Below are positions 10,998 through 20,131 of a stretch of DNA of 64,000 nt, one piece after another; position 1 is the first letter of the stretch, and each line of letters begins with the position of its first letter. The notes beneath the pieces are model-generated. The model did no database searches and was not told the DNA's origin. It was given only the letters and a program-made list of their open reading frames with translations. The position numbers were made by a program, and so were the translations under genes. The DNA lies in the IMG/VR virus record IMGVR_UViG_3300022752_000019, positions 100,604 to 164,603 of that record; one strand, given 5' to 3'. Source of the DNA: a virus.

Positions 10998-11024
10998 AGG
11001 CCCCGGCGGGTTGCGCCGGGGCCT
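10998..11024 (-). terminator. Hairpin terminator after the fibre-like gene
   Basis: Inverted repeat GAGGCCCCGGCG...CGCCGGGGCCTC. Confidence 0.55.
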
Positions 11025-11044
11025 CTACTACCTAACCGTTCAGA

Positions 11045-12772
11045 TCAGAACGCGCCGCCGCCGCCGGCCGAAGCCTGGATCGGAGAACGAACGACCATGA
11101 ACCGCTCGGAGGTGAAGGTCTGCTGCGCAGAGACAGGGTCGCTGTCGAAGCAGAGGAACTGCACCTGAACGCTCTTGTTGAAGTAGGCGGGGAGCTCGGC
11201 CCATGCCTCGAACCGACCGGCGCCCTGGCGGCTCATGTTGAACCACGAGGTGAACCCGGTCTGGTTGTTGTTGGACAGAGCCGAACCAGCCGACGCCGCG
11301 TTGTAGAGGGTCGGGTTGGAGCCGCCGCCGATCGTCTGAGCGAGGATGAGGGCCTGACCGTTGCCGAAGGTGTCCGGATCCTCGAGAGCGCCGGTCTCGC
11401 CATCGTTGATGGTGAGGCCGAAGCGAACGCGGAACGCGGCAGCCGCGGAGTAGACCTCGGAGGGCACCGAGGGGGTCAGACGGGCGTTGGTGGACACCTG
11501 GAGGGTGTCAACCACGGCCTTGATGGCCGCGATGTCAGCAGACATCGTCGCGCCCGCAGGAGCGCCGAGCTTGCTGTCGATCGCGGTCACGTCGCCAGCG
11601 ATGGCGGCCGTCTCCGTCTTGATGGCGTCCAGACCGTAGGTGGCGTTGGTCAGCTCCTCATGCGCCTCGCGCAGGAGGTAGCCGGCCGTGCCAGCCGTGG
11701 TGTAGGAAGCCAGGTCCTCAGCCCACACGTCGGTGCCAGCCAGGTTGTCGTAGATCTTCTTCAGACCCTCGGCAACGCTGACGGGGTTACCGGCGATGGC
11801 GCCGCCCGCGAACACCGCGCTCACGTCGCCGATCTCGGTCGCAAGACCGTCCACGACGCCGTCGATGGTGTCCACCTTGGTCTCGATCGAGTCGACAACC
11901 GAGTCAACGGTGTCGAGCTTGCTCTCGATGTTGCCCAGGTCGGTGTCAACGCTGTCGAGACGGGTCTCGAGGGCGCTGAGGCCGTAGGTGGCATCCTCGA
12001 CAGCCGCCTTGATCGCGTCCACGTTGCTGTCCACGGTGGCGAGGTCGCCGCTCAGAGCAGCGATCTTGCCGAACACGGTAGCAGCGGACGAGGTGTCAGC
12101 GGCGAGACCGATCAGGTCCTCAGCGGCCTCAGAAGCAGCCACGGTGCGGTCGAGCAGCGCGTCGAGACGGCCGCCGTCAGCCCAGTCACCCTGGAGCTCG
12201 TTGGTGTCGGCGAGGATCGAGGTGACGTCGCCCTGGAGCGAGCCAACCTCGGAGTCGATCGTGTCGATGAGGGACTTCAGCGCGCCGAGGCCGTCGGTGG
12301 CGTTGTCCAGGTCATCCTGAACACCGTCAACCTTGTTGAAGATCTCAGCGAGCGCAGCAGCGACAGTCGCCGGAGCAGAGATGCCCGAGAACGACTCACC
12401 ACTGACGTCGCCGATCTCAGCGGCGAGGTTGTCCACGACGGTGTCCACAGTCGCCACGTCCGTGAGGACCTGAGCGATGTGGTTGGCCGGAGCGTACGCC
12501 CACAGCGGGATACGAACCGACTCGGTGCCGGACGTAACCACCGCGTAGTACATGTTGTCCGCGGTCATGTTCGCCGAGAGGACCTTGAGCGCGTAGAGAC
12601 CGCCGCCCATGTCGTCAACGGACACGCCGGACGCGAGGGTGGAGTCGGCGCCGGAGGCGTCGTTGGCGACATAGACCGTGGCCGTCGGGTTGAGTGAGGC
12701 CGCGGACATCTGGAACGGCCAGTAGGCGTTCTTGCCAGAGGGAACGATGCGATCAAAAACCATGGTAGCCAT
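11045..12772 (-). CDS. Abundant coiled-coil fibre/decoration protein
   Basis: Acidic heptad repeats (VDSIETKVDTID, ATYGL, EIGDVS) and very strong C/G third-position codon bias. Confidence 0.75.
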   Translation of the reverse strand: MATMVFDRIVPSGKNAYWPFQMSAASLNPTATVYVANDASGADSTLASGVSVDDMGGGLYALKVLSANMTADNMYYAVVTSGTESVRIPLWAYAPANHIAQVLTDVATVDTVVDNLAAEIGDVSGESFSGISAPATVAAALAEIFNKVDGVQDDLDNATDGLGALKSLIDTIDSEVGSLQGDVTSILADTNELQGDWADGGRLDALLDRTVAASEAAEDLIGLAADTSSAATVFGKIAALSGDLATVDSNVDAIKAAVEDATYGLSALETRLDSVDTDLGNIESKLDTVDSVVDSIETKVDTIDGVVDGLATEIGDVSAVFAGGAIAGNPVSVAEGLKKIYDNLAGTDVWAEDLASYTTAGTAGYLLREAHEELTNATYGLDAIKTETAAIAGDVTAIDSKLGAPAGATMSADIAAIKAVVDTLQVSTNARLTPSVPSEVYSAAAAFRVRFGLTINDGETGALEDPDTFGNGQALILAQTIGGGSNPTLYNAASAGSALSNNNQTGFTSWFNMSRQGAGRFEAWAELPAYFNKSVQVQFLCFDSDPVSAQQTFTSERFMVVRSPIQASAGGGGAF

Positions 12773-12830
12773 GGAGAACCTCTCGTCTTGGGGGTCGAAC
12801 GGAGGCGGACGCTAACTGCGTCGCTCTTGC

Positions 12831-13043
12831 TTACTGCTTACGGATCTGGTTCTTCAACGTCTGGTACGTGCTGAAGAACCTACACTCTTCAGTGGACGGC
12901 CACTTTGATTCGGCCTGGTCCAGTTCCTCTGGTGTGATGCTAAACACCCAGAACACGCGCCGACCTTCACGCTTCACAGACACGATGGAGTGCCCACGAG
13001 AGACGAGGTACGAGGCAAATGCCATGTCCTGGGTTTCAAACAT
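12831..13043 (-). CDS. DUF5659-like small protein
   Basis: FETQDMAFASYL...G pattern. Confidence 0.55.
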   Translation of the reverse strand: MFETQDMAFASYLVSRGHSIVSVKREGRRVFWVFSITPEELDQAESKWPSTEECRFFSTYQTLKNQIRKQ

Positions 13044-13282
13044 TAGGAGAGGGCCGAGGAGAGAGTCGGAAAGAACTCGGAGATAAACTCTTCCGAGTGG
13101 AGACGAGACAACTCTACCGCACGGCGCCGTAGTTGTCTACTTCCCGTCCTGCCTTCGTACGCTATTAGTAGAAGTTCTTTTTCCTTTAAAAGTCTCTCCT
13201 CCTCAATGCGTAACAACTCTAACACATCACTGGCGATCGCATCAATCCGCAGAGAAAACTCCCCCGTCGTCTCGGTCGCCAT
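13043..13282 (-). CDS. Hypothetical protein
   Basis: Translationally coupled to the sigma gene. Confidence 0.55.
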   Translation of the reverse strand: MATETTGEFSLRIDAIASDVLELLRIEEERLLKEKELLLIAYEGRTGSRQLRRRAVELSRLHSEEFISEFFPTLSSALS

Positions 13283-14115
13283 CAGAAGTTTTCCTCATAC
13301 GCTTTGTACTTGTCCGCGATCTTCTTCTTGACCTGGGACACCTTAGAGTCACTCCACCCGAGGGAGCGTGCAATTTCGCCGGTCGAGGAGGTCTGCTTCT
13401 TACCGCTTAGTCCGAAGAGGTAGCTGAAGACCTGCTGCTCCTCCGTGGTCAGCTCGTACGGCAACATCTCGACAATCTCACGATGGACGGGAGACATTTC
13501 CGTAAACGGGTTGAGGTCCATCCCTCCTTCTTCGCCACCGGAGGGGATCACGAAGATGTCCGGGCGCATCTCGAGCTTGAGGCGCTCCACCTTCTTTACG
13601 CCGATCTTCATCCGGTCTGCAATCTCGAGGCTCGTCGGAGGACGCCCAAGCTCCTCGGTGAGTGAGTCCTGCGTCCGCTGAAGCTCTCCAATCTTGTGTG
13701 CCTGTGCCTCGACGATGCGCGTAAAGTTCTGATGCTTCTTCACGAAGCGGTTGAGCCCGCGCAAGTTTGTCGTCACATGGGTCGTGATCTGCGCCCCGCG
13801 CGACGGGTCGTACTTCTTAAGCGCCTTGACTGTCAGCGCGCGAGCCTCGGCTTCGATGGCAGGTCGATACATGCGCGGAGGCGCATGGCGGTTGACCTGC
13901 GCAGTGATCACCGGATTCAACGAGTTCAAGAGGGGCTGGAGCTTCTCTGGGTTCTCGTTGGAGACCTTCCACTGCCTCCAGAGGTCAAGCTCGGTCGCAG
14001 CCTTTCCGGTGTAAGGCACGGCCTTGCCGGAGGGATCTTTCTGCTCCCAGGTTTCCGGGAACTGAAAGGGATCCTTCTCTGCCAGCTTCTCAAGCCTTTC
14101 CCGGAGAGTTCTCAT
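13282..14115 (-). CDS. RNA polymerase sigma-70-family factor (FliA/SigB/SigF-like)
   Basis: Region 2 KALKKYDPSRGAQITTH, region 3 EELGRPPTSLEIADRM, region 4 HTH LTTEEQQVF...EIARSLGWSDSKVSQ. Confidence 0.9.
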   Translation of the reverse strand: MRTLRERLEKLAEKDPFQFPETWEQKDPSGKAVPYTGKAATELDLWRQWKVSNENPEKLQPLLNSLNPVITAQVNRHAPPRMYRPAIEAEARALTVKALKKYDPSRGAQITTHVTTNLRGLNRFVKKHQNFTRIVEAQAHKIGELQRTQDSLTEELGRPPTSLEIADRMKIGVKKVERLKLEMRPDIFVIPSGGEEGGMDLNPFTEMSPVHREIVEMLPYELTTEEQQVFSYLFGLSGKKQTSSTGEIARSLGWSDSKVSQVKKKIADKYKAYEENF

Positions 14116-14357
14116 CGAGACTCGACGGCCCTCTTTAGCAGCTTCGACGCTTGTTCGGCTGACACGCCAAGACGCACATTTCTGCCGTAGTGTTCCTTGT
14201 TCGTGAACAAAGAAGCAAGTTGACGGTACGCGCGTTCTGCCAGAACGTCGCGCGACTTAAACAGGTCGTCTAAGAGAAGATTGGTGTCGCGGAGGTTGAG
14301 GGTTTCCGCAGCAGACGAAAGTTGCGCCTCTGGTCTGCGCTGAAAGAGGTCACTCAT
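14112..14357 (-). CDS. Hypothetical protein
   Basis: Coupled ORF. Confidence 0.6.
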   Translation of the reverse strand: MSDLFQRRPEAQLSSAAETLNLRDTNLLLDDLFKSRDVLAERAYRQLASLFTNKEHYGRNVRLGVSAEQASKLLKRAVESR

Positions 14358-14590
14358 CAGTGGGATCCTTTCATGGCTGCGAGCTGGTGAGCGGTTTGCA
14401 GGTCTCGTAGCTGACGGCTATTCCTACCTTCTTTTAGATCTCGTAGCGAGCCTCCCGCATACATCCCTCCTCCGAGAAGACCGATAGAAGCAAGGCCGCC
14501 GAGAGCCTTTTGATCTGGAGTAAGAGACGCAATGGACGCCATCTTGTCAAGTTCTGCAAAAAAGCCTTGAAACACAGCCCGACTGATCAT
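14357..14590 (-). CDS. Small protein with F..EL.K.A leader
   Basis: MISRAVFQGFFAELDKMAS followed by a Gly-rich hydrophobic helix. Confidence 0.7.
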   Translation of the reverse strand: MISRAVFQGFFAELDKMASIASLTPDQKALGGLASIGLLGGGMYAGGSLRDLKEGRNSRQLRDLQTAHQLAAMKGSH

Positions 14591-14592
14591 AG

Positions 14593-17500
14593 CTACCCTC
14601 TCTTACCGATTCCGGTGATTGAAGTTACCCCTAACGCGCTGTTTCCGTCAATGGCAGAGACGTAGTCTTTGACCCTTTTTGCGCGCTCAGCACGCGGGTC
14701 AAGTCTGGTAGCCTCCTGCTTGTCGATTGTAAACGGATCTTGGCCCCCGGAGTGCCCAGTGTGCCTAAGCCCGGCATCCAAGATGTCCAGGAACTCAAGT
14801 TCTGTCCCGTAGTCGCTACGGCCGAAGTTTACCGCGTTGGAGTGGAAGCCTCCATAGTACTTTGCATCCGCAGGCAACGGCGAGGGCGGCGGAGGCTCGA
14901 CGTTTACGACTGCTTTTTTTGTAGTGTCATACCTGACCCGTTTCGAGCCGAGGACCTCGGAGAACGTCGCAACATCTCTGCGCGTATACTCGTAGATCCA
15001 CTCAAGCGGATCGGGCGCGATCTCTCCAGAAGACCCAGAGTCCACGCGAGCTACCTGCTTTGCGTAGGTGATGCAGAGCTGATCTACGGCCTCTTCCACG
15101 CTGTTTACTGAGAACTTGGAGTTCTGCACGTCATCGACGATCGCGCGCGTACCGAAGAACGGGTCGTAGATCTCACTCGAAATCCGCTCGGCCCCGTACG
15201 CATCCGACATCCAAATCGGACGCAGTGACTCCTCGACTGGTAAAATCTTCTCTGGATCGACTTGGCCGCCAAGGTCCGCCTCGAACTGCGAACCGGGCAG
15301 GATTAGCGGCATGTAACTAATAACATATTGTCCACTGTTATAGAAAAACCGTGTAAGCACGATGTCCGTCTCAGAATCCAGCGGTCCGAGATCGAACTCA
15401 GTTGGAAGCGCCGTGCTGATCGAGATCTCAGTGTTGTCTGTGTCCTCTACGCCGTCACTGGTATCTTGCGCCTCGACTGCCGTTCGGACCCATACAAGCG
15501 TTGGAGTTCCCGTCCACGACCCGGACTTGACGTCCTTGCCTCGGTAACGAACACTCTTAAACGTGGTGACGCTTGTCTCAGCCTCATCGCTGCTTGCATC
15601 GTAGGAGGCTCCCACTGCGGGAAGGCTGGTTGGGTCAATGACCTGCTTTGGAGTAGCGCCATACTGGACCTCGAACAGCTGCGCGTCGTTCAGAAGATCC
15701 TCGATCTTAGACCGCTTAAATGAAGCAGCGATCGCCGCCCAACCGAAGTCGAAATCTTTCCCACTTTCGGCTACGGTCCTCTTTTGACCCATCGGAATGA
15801 AAATCCCTTCACCACCAAGCTGTTGATCCGCTCGAGACGGGTCTTGGATCTCAAGGGTTCCTTCACGGTTAATCAGCGTCGAGAACAGGTCGTCGGTCTT
15901 GTCTCCCGTGCGATGTGACCGAACATGTGTCAGTCGAACCTGGGTCTGCGACCCCGCCTGAGAGATAGAATGAGTGACGGCCTGAACCATTCCCAGCTTA
16001 AAGCTTCGGTTTAGACGAAAGTCAGGGTTGCCTGCCTCCTCGGAGGTAATTACCGCGTCGATGACTACTCCTGGAAAGCCGCAGATGATGTGAGGGCTAA
16101 ATGCAAGTGACACCGACGCCTGACGAGCCTGATACCGCTCATTCAGAAGATGGAAGTGCGCAATCTTGGGGGCGTAAAGGGCAAGCTCTCCAGTCTCGTC
16201 CGTCTCAGTCGTCGATGCTCCGGAGTCCTTGTTGATGTAGAACATCGTATCGAGCATGCGCTCAAACTTCGGCACGACTCCGCTGAACTTCTCGTGGTCG
16301 TAGATGATGATCTCGGCCGCACTGTTGAGGCCTTGGCTTTCGAGCGAAGCACGCCCGTTGATCTGCGGAGCGAAGATGGTGTTGCTGACTGCGGCGCTGT
16401 TCTCCGCAAACTCAAATCCGACGTTTAGAGACAGTCGCGAGGTTTCGCGCATCATCTCTCTTTGCGCTGTAAATGCTTGGATCATGTCGGGAAACATGAC
16501 ATTGCTGCGCGGAGGGGACACGAACCACACGTCAGGACGTAGAACAAACGAGTGCAGGCGCTCACGCGGACTCGTCGGACCAGAATCCAGCCTTACATCC
16601 TCAACGGTAGTCGGCGTAACCCCCGGGATGTCTGCGTACTGCACATGAACTGGATCGTTGCCGATTCCAAGGATGGAGTCGAAAAGGGGGTCAATTTTTT
16701 GACCACGGCCAATCTTAAGGAGCACATGAAGCAGAGGGGTCTTGGCCCCGCTTAAGATAGCACCGAATGTCCTCCAGTCCTCTGCAAGGATGAGATCCGA
16801 AGTCAGCAATTCTTGGCTGCTAGAGTAGATCGTGGCGTAGATATCCGGATAGGCAACAATCCGTGCACGGAGCTGTGCAACGTCGGTCACGGAGACGTCT
16901 CTCAGGCTCAGTCGATAAAGGGCGTTTCTGAGCCTCAGATACCAACTTCCTTGACCGTCAACACGCTCCAAGCCCTTCCCCGGTGCGTGCGTCTTATAAG
17001 GCATTCTCACGTTACCCAGCGCAGGAGCGTCTACCGGGCCCAGGATCTTTGCTTTCGTGACCTTGTCTTGGTCCAGGTATCTAAAGCGAATATCGATAGC
17101 AAGGCCTCGCTCGTGCGCCGTGAGTGTCTCGTCCCCAGGCGCGTTCTCTCTGTACGCAGACGTGATGTAGACCTCTGCCGGACCTCCCTTCAGAACTCCA
17201 CGTCGAAGAGTGTCATCTACTATCTTAAGGAACGGAGTTACCTCGTCTACGAACTTCTTTGAGAGGGACAACGTATTCGCGCGTCCTGACGCCGCAAATT
17301 CGCTGAAGGTTGCGTCCTGTGACGTCTCTGCCAGTGGGATCGAGAACTCGGGTACGTCCCGATTTGGGTACGTTGGCTTAGTAAGGCTGACTCCTGGGAC
17401 ATACTTTGCCACAGGGTTCGGCACCATCGCGTACATGATGTAGTTCAGGACAATGTCTACGACCCGCCTGAAGGAGATGACGCTTCCCTCAGAGCCAATC

Positions 17501-18222
17501 TTGTTCCTGAGCCAGTCGGAGAACTGCACTGCATCGAAGATCTTCGCGGCAGTTTCTCCGGAGTCAGCTACGAGCGTCTCCAGCAGGCGTACTTGCCGCT
17601 CATGGACAGTCGTCCACTGATTGACTCCGTAGGTGTGGCCCTGAACGCCCACCAGTCTTTCGATAATCGCAAGTAGACCTCCCAACACACTCGAGCTGAC
17701 GGGGCTGGCGGAACTTGTAGGTCCGAGCTGAGAAAGCTGCCGAATCATCTCGGAGGGCGAGTTGATGATGTTGTCAAACTCAGAGTCCAGCGTTGCAAGG
17801 AACCTCGAGCTGTTTGCTAAGATTGGATTATTTTGGTCATCGCTGGTAGTGAAATTCATGCTGTAGATGTAAGAGGTATCGAGGACGTTCGAGAAATCCA
17901 TGCAGTTGAGGGTTACGGACCGCGACCCCATTCCAACTTTGCTCTGAGAAATGCTGAATACTTCGCCGCAAAACAGCAACCTGTAGTCGCTGTTGTCTGG
18001 GCTACTCTTTCCGCTGTTCTTGAATTTGATGTGGTCAAGGTAGAAGAGGTGGACAATCGTTCTTGGGAGGATCAGGTCTACCGTGTCGTGTGGGACGATG
18101 TCGATGCTTGCGGTCGCGGCCGTACCTACCGCAGCACTGACCGAGGCTCCGATCACGGGAACTTGGATCCCTTCGAGGTAGAGCCGCAGGTCAAGGAGGT
18201 AGCCAGGCGCAGACTGCATCAT
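14593..18222 (-). CDS. Baseplate hub-like protein with inserted M15 peptidase domain
   Basis: Hub-like N-terminus (LRLYLEGIQVPV; LLFCGEV). ITSAYR...HERGLAIDI...DPVHVQ is a LAS peptidase motif. Confidence 0.75.
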   Translation of the reverse strand: MMQSAPGYLLDLRLYLEGIQVPVIGASVSAAVGTAATASIDIVPHDTVDLILPRTIVHLFYLDHIKFKNSGKSSPDNSDYRLLFCGEVFSISQSKVGMGSRSVTLNCMDFSNVLDTSYIYSMNFTTSDDQNNPILANSSRFLATLDSEFDNIINSPSEMIRQLSQLGPTSSASPVSSSVLGGLLAIIERLVGVQGHTYGVNQWTTVHERQVRLLETLVADSGETAAKIFDAVQFSDWLRNKIGSEGSVISFRRVVDIVLNYIMYAMVPNPVAKYVPGVSLTKPTYPNRDVPEFSIPLAETSQDATFSEFAASGRANTLSLSKKFVDEVTPFLKIVDDTLRRGVLKGGPAEVYITSAYRENAPGDETLTAHERGLAIDIRFRYLDQDKVTKAKILGPVDAPALGNVRMPYKTHAPGKGLERVDGQGSWYLRLRNALYRLSLRDVSVTDVAQLRARIVAYPDIYATIYSSSQELLTSDLILAEDWRTFGAILSGAKTPLLHVLLKIGRGQKIDPLFDSILGIGNDPVHVQYADIPGVTPTTVEDVRLDSGPTSPRERLHSFVLRPDVWFVSPPRSNVMFPDMIQAFTAQREMMRETSRLSLNVGFEFAENSAAVSNTIFAPQINGRASLESQGLNSAAEIIIYDHEKFSGVVPKFERMLDTMFYINKDSGASTTETDETGELALYAPKIAHFHLLNERYQARQASVSLAFSPHIICGFPGVVIDAVITSEEAGNPDFRLNRSFKLGMVQAVTHSISQAGSQTQVRLTHVRSHRTGDKTDDLFSTLINREGTLEIQDPSRADQQLGGEGIFIPMGQKRTVAESGKDFDFGWAAIAASFKRSKIEDLLNDAQLFEVQYGATPKQVIDPTSLPAVGASYDASSDEAETSVTTFKSVRYRGKDVKSGSWTGTPTLVWVRTAVEAQDTSDGVEDTDNTEISISTALPTEFDLGPLDSETDIVLTRFFYNSGQYVISYMPLILPGSQFEADLGGQVDPEKILPVEESLRPIWMSDAYGAERISSEIYDPFFGTRAIVDDVQNSKFSVNSVEEAVDQLCITYAKQVARVDSGSSGEIAPDPLEWIYEYTRRDVATFSEVLGSKRVRYDTTKKAVVNVEPPPPSPLPADAKYYGGFHSNAVNFGRSDYGTELEFLDILDAGLRHTGHSGGQDPFTIDKQEATRLDPRAERAKRVKDYVSAIDGNSALGVTSITGIGKRG

Positions 18223-19880
18223 AGGATCACCGACATGATCGCCCCAATGGTCCCAGGATAGATAACCCCTGTCTCTCCACGAAGCCGTGCAGCCTTGCTC
18301 TCTTGGACGAGACGCTCTTGCTCCGCGTTCCTCTGTGAACGTGCCACCTTCTCCTGAAAGTCTGACCGCTGAGCTGCGCCGAGATTACCGGAGTTCGGAT
18401 TCGTAATGCTCTCTTGTAGCTTCTTGCGGCTATTAACCACACTCTTCCCAATAAAGAACGTCGCAACTCCAAACGCAGCTCTGCTGACGATTCGGAGCGT
18501 TTCGGACACTTTCTGGGCCTTATAGTTTGCCCAGTAGTACGATTCTGCCTGCTGCTCGAGAGAATCTGCGCCACGAACCACCGGGCCTGGGAACGGGGTG
18601 ACGTCGATGCCGAAGGCTGCAAACGCGGCCACTGACTGTGGGGCGTATAGAGCAGCCTGCCCAGCTTGCGCTAACTCCCTCTTACGAATCTCGAAGTCTA
18701 TCAATGCCTCTTGCACAAATGGAAAATTTACTGGGTAGTTTGTGTACTCATCGGTGTTCTGGTAATAGTAGCGTGAAGTGCGTTGGAGGGACTTTAGCAG
18801 GTCGTCCGAAATTTCTCCATCGGTGTTTGAGCGCAGAATGACCGTCTTGGCTGCTCCGGGCTCGTCGGAAAATGCCAAGATTTTTGATCCAAAGAAGTTT
18901 GTTAGTGCAAGACCTTGCAGGCTTTCTACCGCCGATCCCTCAGCAAAGAGCGAGTTCCTTGGAGGACCGGACGCAACGTAATTGATCGGAATTACCAAGT
19001 TCCGCCCAAACAAAAAGTTTCTTGCTTCTCGAACAGTGTTGTCAATTGCCGCATCAATCGCATTTAGAGCGGATGCAAACTTGGACATGCCGGAGGGCTC
19101 TGCCCGAAAAGGAGACAGCTTGATGTTGGTTCGGCGTACTGACGCTGTCGAACTCTCCTCAAGTCGGAGCTGATCCTCTGGACTCGAGAGGGCGCCGACG
19201 CCCAGTAGGTCTTGTTTCTCACCAATTCGCCGCGGAGCCTCGTAGTAGATCTGCGAACGGACAAGCCTTTCGACGAATATAGAGAAGCTTACCTGGATCG
19301 TGTAGGGATCCTGGGCAGTGATCATTGAGGTGCAGTTGGTGATGTATCCGCGGATAATGGTCGAGTCTCGGCCGTCGGCGTATGTCAGCTCCGCAATTGA
19401 GTTTGAGGAAGCCAAGCTCGTTCCACGTAGAGACTGGCTGTAGTTTTCCCACCACTCCTTGTGCCACTCAAAGTCGGCTGAGTTCGGGAGGATGGCAGTG
19501 CAGGAGATGATCCGAGGCTGTTCTCCGAAGAAGAACGCGTAAGTGGCGCCGAATGTCGTGATGAACTGAGACTTTTCGTTCCGAGTCTCGGTTACGTTCT
19601 GAAGTAGGAAGTTATGCGTTGTAACAACCGGACGCCCGGTAGCGGGGGAGCTGGTGTTGATGAGTTGCGATCTTCCCGCCTTATCGACGATGGTCAGCGA
19701 GGCATGCGTATCCTTTGGGACCACAATCCCGCGCATTGGCCTACGAATGAAATCTGGGTTGTCAGTCTCAGCACGCATACCCCAGAACGAGATTTTATCT
19801 TCACGCTCTCCGAGGTCCGCACTTAAAAATCTCCTGCTCATGTCAACTTCGGCTGCATTTTGGAATACAGTTACGCTCAT
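18219..19880 (-). CDS. Tail/baseplate structural protein
   Basis: Lies between tape measure and hub; NFLLQNVTETRNEKSQFITTFG..FFFGE. Confidence 0.65.
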   Translation of the reverse strand: MSVTVFQNAAEVDMSRRFLSADLGEREDKISFWGMRAETDNPDFIRRPMRGIVVPKDTHASLTIVDKAGRSQLINTSSPATGRPVVTTHNFLLQNVTETRNEKSQFITTFGATYAFFFGEQPRIISCTAILPNSADFEWHKEWWENYSQSLRGTSLASSNSIAELTYADGRDSTIIRGYITNCTSMITAQDPYTIQVSFSIFVERLVRSQIYYEAPRRIGEKQDLLGVGALSSPEDQLRLEESSTASVRRTNIKLSPFRAEPSGMSKFASALNAIDAAIDNTVREARNFLFGRNLVIPINYVASGPPRNSLFAEGSAVESLQGLALTNFFGSKILAFSDEPGAAKTVILRSNTDGEISDDLLKSLQRTSRYYYQNTDEYTNYPVNFPFVQEALIDFEIRKRELAQAGQAALYAPQSVAAFAAFGIDVTPFPGPVVRGADSLEQQAESYYWANYKAQKVSETLRIVSRAAFGVATFFIGKSVVNSRKKLQESITNPNSGNLGAAQRSDFQEKVARSQRNAEQERLVQESKAARLRGETGVIYPGTIGAIMSVIL

Positions 19881-20131
19881 CGACGCACCACTGGAACACG
19901 GGACTGGATTAGAGCACTGATTGCTGAGTATTCCATCACGGACACGTACGCCTCCCTGGAGACGCGCTCAGCAACCAAGTTCCGTACTGCCTGCCGCATG
20001 AAGTCATCCGCCGCAGGATACTCTACAATGGTGACCTCTCGCAGCAATCCTCTTTCATCGGTAATCTTGAACTGTCGCGCAGTACGAGAGTCCGAGATGG
20101 CATCGAGAATCTGAACTGTTGACATGGTCAC
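19877..20131 (-). CDS. Hypothetical protein
   Basis: Coupled ORF. Confidence 0.55.
   Translation of the reverse strand: MTMSTVQILDAISDSRTARQFKITDERGLLREVTIVEYPAADDFMRQAVRNLVAERVSREAYVSVMEYSAISALIQSRVPVVRR

Noticed and set aside
11660-12697. 345-aa + strand ORF and similar long antisense ORFs (e.g. 2045-2965, 21730-22689, 54820-55734)
   Set aside because: Shadow frames caused by GC3 bias of real genes on the opposite strand.
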